A DNA stretch of 63,356 bases, the filler included, from Stramenopiles sp. TOSAG23-3 (taxonomy: Eukaryota), in NCBI GenBank assembly GCA_900128585.1. It is 50 parts of 50 records of this genome, joined end to end, with 100 filler letters (N's around TTAATTAATTAA, not from the genome) between each part and the next. Parts side by side here need not be neighbours in the genome. Positions count along the whole stretch, not along the records: positions 58,828 to 59,886 come from LT646596.1; positions 59,987 to 61,043 come from LT646597.1; positions 61,144 to 62,200 come from LT646598.1; positions 62,301 to 63,356 come from LT646599.1; 46 more parts are not named here. One strand, written 5' to 3'. Shown one piece after another: positions 58,728 through 63,356 of the stretch; within the stretch, counting starts at the first letter, position 1; every line of letters starts with the position of its first letter. The translations under genes and the position numbers were made by a program. The notes under the pieces were generated by a model, which was given only the letters and a program-made list of their open reading frames with translations, had not been told where the DNA came from and did not search any database.

Positions 58728-59313
58728 NNNNNNNNNNNNNNNNNNNNNNNNNNNNNNNNNNNNNNNNNNNNTTAATTAATTAANNNNNNNNNNNNNNNNN
58801 NNNNNNNNNNNNNNNNNNNNNNNNNNNTAAAGCTGAGCTCGTAGATAAAACATGTCTTCAATTAAAGTACGCTGGAAATACTTCATCTTTACCATCAACC
58901 AAAAACTGTATATATGACAACACATATTCATGATTGATATTAATACTATTAACTGTATAAGAAAAGACAATAAGAAAATGATGATGATTTCATAAATAAA
59001 ATAAAATATATATAAAATAGATGATTCTTTGTAGTAGTCGTCTAATAATACAATAATAATAATTTAATAATATAATAATATAATAATATAATAAATATCT
59101 TGGATTATAAAATATATTAATTATTACATATAGAACATTCGTTACATCATCACGGAATTTTGTTCTAAAAAGCGATAATTATGTAAATTTGTGGGTTTTT
59201 TCTATTGTAGAAAATCGGCATATATGTTGTGTTTACATAAAATAGAAATCCACCGTTTGTATTCCATGTCCAAACCTTTTCAGAATTCCGTTGAGAAATA
59301 CGTAAGCTACAAG

Positions 59314-59856
59314 ATGGCAGTTATTTTCCAATTGTTCATTTTCACAATTGCCGTGCTCGTCTGCAGAACTGAATCAGCATCGGACTGTCTCGTTGATTTT
59401 CAGAATGACACCTGCGATGTTGCTAGCGTTCCAAAATTAGATTTTTGCAGTATGGTCAATTACCCTACTGTTGGTAATAAAACGCTGCAAATAAAGCGAG
59501 ATCACTGTGCTCATAATCATTTTGTTCAAATGAAAAAAGTGCTTAATACCTACGATTGTTCCAGATCTTATGGGTACCATGACTGCTCTGCGTGCCGTGA
59601 TGCGTACAAGTATTGGTTATGCAGTTATATGTTTCCGAAGTGTGGCAAATCCTCGAGCAAAACGGCAGGTAAGCCATGTTTGTCGGTTTGTCAGGATGTC
59701 ATCAGGAAATGCCCTTACGTTTTAGAATTTAATTGCCCTGCTTCATCATGGACTGGCATTAGTCACTACTCTTTAGACGACAGCACTTGTAATAAATTGG
59801 ACAGAACGTTTTTGGTTGATGGTAAAGATGAAGTATTTCCAGCGTACTTTAATTGA
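59314..59856 (+). CDS. Secreted Mid1/NALF(FAM155)-like Cys-rich protein
   Basis: Signal peptide from ATG 59314. LDFC..VNY, C..C.DAYK.WLC...FPKC, PC...C..V..KCP..L.F.CP. Confidence 0.75.
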   Translation: MAVIFQLFIFTIAVLVCRTESASDCLVDFQNDTCDVASVPKLDFCSMVNYPTVGNKTLQIKRDHCAHNHFVQMKKVLNTYDCSRSYGYHDCSACRDAYKYWLCSYMFPKCGKSSSKTAGKPCLSVCQDVIRKCPYVLEFNCPASSWTGISHYSLDDSTCNKLDRTFLVDGKDEVFPAYFN

Positions 59857-59986
59857 AGACATGTTTTATCTACGAGCTCAGCTTTANNNNNNNNNNNNNN
59901 NNNNNNNNNNNNNNNNNNNNNNNNNNNNNNTTAATTAATTAANNNNNNNNNNNNNNNNNNNNNNNNNNNNNNNNNNNNNNNNNNNN

Positions 59987-60985
59987 CCAGGCCCATCAAA
60001 TATTCTTGCTATGCTCTGTAGTATCCAAAGCCATGCTCTAATTCACCGGGAGACCCTTCAATACTACCGAGAATTCAAAAGCGGCATGAGTGTGAATGGC
60101 TACTTTTTGGCCAAATCGGTTTACGACCTGCTCTGCACTTGTGTTTTTGGGATTATGTGGGCGCTCGCATGCTACACCGTGAACCCGCCGATGCAACGGC
60201 CATTTCAGGTATATATTTGGATGTACGTAGGATTTGCGTTTTATTGGAGCAGTTTTGGCAGTTGGATTGCGGTTACGTTCTCTGCGTCATACACTGCCGG
60301 ACTGCTGATCATGGTATTTGCTCCTGCATTGGAAGTGCTATGGTCAGGGACCGATAACGACAAGCTTGGAGACGTCCCGATTCGAGATCTACAAGGTATC
60401 AAAGCCGCAATGAGTGCAATGTCATCGGGGCGCTGGATGTCCCAGGGCATGTATTGTGGGGAACTTTTGGCGCTCCCGTCACATATTCTTAATTTTGATG
60501 CCACGCGTGAGCGCTTGTACAATATAAGCGTGATTCACACAAAAGAGACGCCTCCGAGAGCAGCCAACTTGGACAGCGGAGTCTCAGGCGCTTTTCTTGG
60601 CCTGTTTATATGCGGGATAATATTTCGTTTGCTTACATGGTTAAGTTTTCTGTTGACGAAATATTCACAAGGGAATACTCGTCGATCCCAGATATTTTTC
60701 ATGCTGCGAAAGATGTGCCTACATGTTTGTAGCAGAAACGAGTTTGACTCGTTCTTTCAGGAAGAGGAACATGAAGTAGCTCAGGTTGGGCAAGACTTCG
60801 ACCATACAAACCTGCAGGCGGTGTTGGGAGAAGGTGAAATAGTGGATAGAGAGGGTGGGATCGAGCCGTTGGAGATTGAGTCGAGCAGTACGTCAGAGAA
60901 TGGGTCAAGAAAGGTTATTCCGGCAGATAAAGCAGACTTAACTGTGGTTGTAAAATATAGATTTGAAGTATTGGATTTAAAATGA
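59987..60985 (+). CDS. ABCG-family transporter, ABC-2 membrane domain (5'-truncated)
   Basis: E.LQYYRE..SG.S...YFLAK...D motif, followed by TM segments and S.GRW. Confidence 0.8.
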   Translation, partial: PGPSNILAMLCSIQSHALIHRETLQYYREFKSGMSVNGYFLAKSVYDLLCTCVFGIMWALACYTVNPPMQRPFQVYIWMYVGFAFYWSSFGSWIAVTFSASYTAGLLIMVFAPALEVLWSGTDNDKLGDVPIRDLQGIKAAMSAMSSGRWMSQGMYCGELLALPSHILNFDATRERLYNISVIHTKETPPRAANLDSGVSGAFLGLFICGIIFRLLTWLSFLLTKYSQGNTRRSQIFFMLRKMCLHVCSRNEFDSFFQEEEHEVAQVGQDFDHTNLQAVLGEGEIVDREGGIEPLEIESSSTSENGSRKVIPADKADLTVVVKYRFEVLDLK

Positions 60986-61143
60986 GAGTCTTAAAACATA
61001 CTATATATTTTGGTTTTTTTAAAAAAAGCGTAATAAAATAGGANNNNNNNNNNNNNNNNNNNNNNNNNNNNNNNNNNNNNNNNNNNNTTAATTAATTAAN
61101 NNNNNNNNNNNNNNNNNNNNNNNNNNNNNNNNNNNNNNNNNNN

Positions 61144-62199
61144 GAGGAGCTTGATCACTACGTGAAGGGACGGGCCGCTGGTGTCCTTGAACGGGTCCCC
61201 AACGGTGTCCCCGGTGACGGCGGCCTTGTGCGCGTCGCTCCCTTTCCCCCCGTACGCGCCCGATTCGATCAGCTTCTTGGCGTTGTCCCAGGCCCCCCCG
61301 GCGTTGTTCATGAACAGCGAGCAGAGGACCCCGGACACCGTCGCAAACATCAAAAACGAGGAGACCGCCTTTGCCCCGAGGAGGGGGTCACCCCCTTGGT
61401 AGTCCCCAACCGCGCGGAAGGCCACGCCAACCAGGACGGGGAAGCAGACCACGAGGAGCCCGGGCTTGACCATCTTCCGCAGGGAGGCCCGGGCGACGAT
61501 GGCGACGCAGGCCTTGTAGTCGGGCTGCTCCTCCCCCGTCAGGATCCCTGGGCAAGCCTCAAACTGGCGCCGGACCTCGACGACGACCTCCGCGGCGGTG
61601 TCCCCGACCGCCCGAAGGGTCATGCTCGTAAAGTAAAAGATGAGCATGGCCCCGAGCATGCCGGCGACAAAAATCTCCGGGGTGGCGATGTCGATGGGGC
61701 CGACGGGCTCCCCGCCCCGCATGGCGCTGACCTCGTCCTCGAAGGCGCTGAAGAGGAGGAACGAGGCAAGGGTCGCGGAGCAGACCGCGAAGCCCTTCGT
61801 AGCGGCCTTGGTGGTGTTCCCGACGGCGTCCAGCTCGTCCGTGATGTCCCGGACCCGGGCCGGCTGCTCGCTCATCTCGACGATCCCCCCCGCGTTGTCC
61901 GCGATGGGGCCGAAAAAGTCCATCCCGAGGACGTAGACCGCCGTGGAGAGCATCCCCATGGTCGCGACGGCGGTCCCGAAGAGCCCGCCGATGGGCTGCT
62001 TGTCCGCGTCCAGCAGCCCGGACGACTCCCCCATCCAGTACGACACGAGGATGGCGGCGGAGACGACGAGGATGGGGAGCCCGGTGCTCTCCATGCCGAC
62101 TGCGACCCCCATGATAATGTTCGTCGCGTCCCCGCTCGTGCTCGCCCGGCCAATGTCCTGGACCGGGCGGTACTCGGTGGACGTGTAGTAGGTGGTGAT
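61144..62199 (-). CDS. Membrane H+-translocating pyrophosphatase, K+-independent (type II, AVP2-like) fragment
   Basis: D.FGPIADNAGG, LDAVGNTTKA (Lys marks the K+-independent class), GGAWDNAKK, GDTVGDPFKDTSGP. Confidence 0.96.
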
Positions 62200-62300
62200 G
62201 NNNNNNNNNNNNNNNNNNNNNNNNNNNNNNNNNNNNNNNNNNNNTTAATTAATTAANNNNNNNNNNNNNNNNNNNNNNNNNNNNNNNNNNNNNNNNNNNN

Positions 62301-63355
62301 GTCGGACTCGCAGTAGTAGGCTTGCAACCAATCCGCCCGTTTATCTTCGCACGTTCCGCCGCAACACCCGGTTCCCGGACCCGTGCCACCGCCGCCGTTC
62401 CCGGCGCACTGCCAATGGCTGCTGCACGATTTCCCGACGTCTTTGCACGCTTTCGGGTACCACGCGTCCTCGGATTTTGAATGACCTCCTTCGGAAACAA
62501 CAAACGTGACCTTGTGCGCCGCGTCGTCGTCGTCGCACCCACGCTCTTTCATGCAATTTCTCGCACCTGCCCCGCAATCGCGCTCACAAAACGTTGCTTG
62601 CCGTTCACAGCACGTTTTGTGGCACAACTCGCCCCCCCTTTCGACATCGCCGCACTTGGACGAGTCCGTCGGCTTCACGTTGAACGTGTAATCACCGCAC
62701 GACAACTCCTCGTTGCAGTTTCGGGCTTTGGTGCACCGCGCGAGGCACGCGTCCGGGTCTGTATCCCCCGAGCACGCGCTGGTGCAGTGGCTGATGTTTT
62801 TCGTGCAGCACTGTTCGTTGCAACCCGAGTTCCCCTGGCGCGTGCCGCCGCATTTGTAGTTGTTGTCGGTCCAACCCGGGTCGATGAAAAAGTTCAAATC
62901 CCCAACGTCGCATTTCGTTCCGCCCTCCCCGTTGACTTTGGTCGTGGCGTAGTCCATGCACCCTCGGTCCGCCATGCAATCGAACAGTTTGTGGACGTCC
63001 CCGATCGACGCCTTGTTCAAACAATAGTCCATTTGCACTTATCTTTGCACCGGCGGTTACCATTCTCGTCGTTTCCGCACAAGGATTCGCTGCGCTTTGG
63101 GTCCACGTCGTAGTTGAACTCAATGCCCGTCTCGGACCGCCCGTCGGAGGACGCGCTGGTCGCAAAGAACGGGTCGCAGGTGGCCTCGTCTTTGCAGCCC
63201 CTTTCCCCCATGCACTGGTTGTAAAAGCGCATGGTCCGGTACGCCGCCGTCTGACTTTTGAAACAATGGTCGTTCTGCTGCTTGCAGCACTCCGTCCTGC
63301 ACGACTCGCCAAGGTACCGGTCCGACCCGCACTTGTCCGTCCAATTTGCATGGTC
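62301..63355 (-). CDS. Cys-rich repeat extracellular protein fragment with one frameshift
   Basis: Four repeats CG-x7-C-x3-CC-x6-C...C-x3-R[GN]C; frame changes near 63037. Confidence 0.75.
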
Positions 63356-63356
63356 G

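Noticed and set aside
1..63356. Multi-gene system assembled from LRR, WD40, TPR, kinase and SUKH genes
   Set aside because: These genes are on separate contigs ordered by length, so their co-location is artificial.

Overview
This is not a continuous locus. It is a pseudo-scaffold of 50 unrelated eukaryotic contigs joined by 49 artificial 100-bp linkers (N44-TTAATTAATTAA-N44, stops in all six frames). One 6162-bp piece is followed by 49 contigs sorted by decreasing length (1075 to 1056 bp). Adjacency across linkers has no meaning and most genes are truncated. The content (PLK4, calcyphosin, IQ and EF-hand proteins, PEX13, Derlin, NDUFB2, CRT-like transporter, type II H+-PPase, MVP-like, polycystin-type channel, one canonical GT-AG intron) points to a flagellated protist. 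A marine stramenopile SAG/MAG is my inference, and the strong GC spread suggests the bin may be mixed. No rRNA, tRNA or CRISPR was recognised. Best leads: (1) a dispersed imperfect palindrome (AAATAACAGCC...GGCTGTTATTT) found just past stop codons on several contigs and arrayed around short paralogous reading frames on contig 13310-14382; (2) an ARM-like repeat/unknown domain/TKL kinase gene with a 390-bp internal duplication; (3) a virus-like contig of overlapping Cys-rich membrane genes; (4) a ~0.8-kb TIR-bounded element; (5) a Mid1/NALF-like secreted protein; (6) an over-represented ATGCTGTGT(CTAT) intergenic motif; (7) an unassigned Cys-rich repeat. Homopolymer frameshifts and probable chimeric junctions limit confidence. 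All family calls come from motif recognition by eye, not database searches.
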